From the NCBI GenBank assembly GCA_043228905.1, contig JBHGNT010000005.1, positions 2,294,001 to 2,358,000 on the forward strand: 64,000 bases of DNA. Reading direction: 5' to 3'. Below are positions 63,122 to 64,000 of the stretch, piece by piece. How positions within the stretch are numbered: the first letter of the stretch is position 1; every line of letters starts with the position of its first letter. The notes beneath the pieces are model-generated. The model saw only the letters and a program-made list of their open reading frames with translations, did no database searches and was not told the origin of the DNA. Source of the stretch: Azolla caroliniana. Taxonomy: Eukaryota; Plantae; Polypodiophyta. Both the position numbers and the translations under genes were made by a program.

Positions 63122-64000
63122 GGAAAGAATAAAAGTTCCAGTACCAGAATTGCATGTGAGTGAATGGAGTTCCAGATTCTTTTGGGCTTGTGCTAGTCAA
63201 TAACAATGGATGGATGGATGGATGGATGAAGAAAACAGATATTGTTAGTAGGTTTTCTGTGTCTGGTTGGATTCAATGCCTTTAGCTAAAGACTCTTCAC
63301 AATCCCGACCCGAAGAAAAAACTGTGGTCGAAAAAAAATTGTCAATTCCGACCAACATTTTGTCTTGAGTCATTGAGAATAAAGTTTTGGAGTTGTATTT
63401 AATTTTATGAAGTTGAAATGGGTATCAAAATATGAAGAGGTTCATTGTCCTGTATTATGTATTTTTCATGAAAGGAGGTTTATGCAAAGTGAGTGAGCAT
63501 GTAAATATTATCATCTTAGCTTTATTCGAGAATGGATTACTTGATTTGGTTGCACCACGATCCAACTCCAAAGGTTGTTTTAGATGACGATTGCTGTTTT
63601 GAGCATGCATCGACTCCATTCAATGGGACATACAAGTATCATCATATCTTACATCTTTCCTTCATATCCATGTTCATTCAATTGATTACAAATTACAATA
63701 TTTTAGACCTGAGTAGATATTGTGAGGAGAATTCCAAAACGCTATTGGGCTTAAATTCTGGTGCAACAAGTTTCCTTTGTGCAATGCCCTTGTGTAGCAT
63801 ACGTCCAAACCTGAGCATTCAATTACTGTGTACTTGATTAATGTAGAGAATCTTATCAATATTTCAATAGGGCTTTACTGGTAAGAGTTTATATGACTTT
63901 CATTAGTTTGATTTCATATTAAATTAATGGCATGATTTTATGTTAAACTAACAAAGATTGATTGAATTCATACTCTGCCTCCTGGATTCCTTTTGAAGTG

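Overview
AT-rich eukaryotic nuclear DNA from a land plant. A fern or other seed-free vascular plant is inferred from the PLS-PPR remnants, LINE type and LTR lineages; the organism is not proven. Intact host genes: a hypersensitive-induced-response (HIR, SPFH/band-7) gene, a DUF1644 zinc-finger-like gene, an LRL/UNE12-type bHLH gene, two paralogous intronless secreted 14-Cys proteins with Ser/Pro/Thr tails, and FCF1/UTP24. Decayed material: a thioredoxin pseudogene, a PPR pseudogene, LINE, Copia, Gypsy and hAT remnants, solo LTRs and an intronic hAT-type MITE. The centre is a three-level nest: a LINE remnant, then an AT-rich iMet-primed Gypsy element cut by a 100-N gap, then a very young, intact, GC/CpG-rich Gypsy element (34639-41953). 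The inner element has 797-bp LTRs, a 4-bp TSD, a tRNA-Trp PBS, and a candidate -1 frameshift signal (G GAU UUU plus pseudoknot) located after the protease. Other highlights are a regularly spaced array of conserved hairpins in the leader of the outer element and the apparently unnamed defensin-like/mucin-tail protein pair. All calls are by eye; no searches were run.
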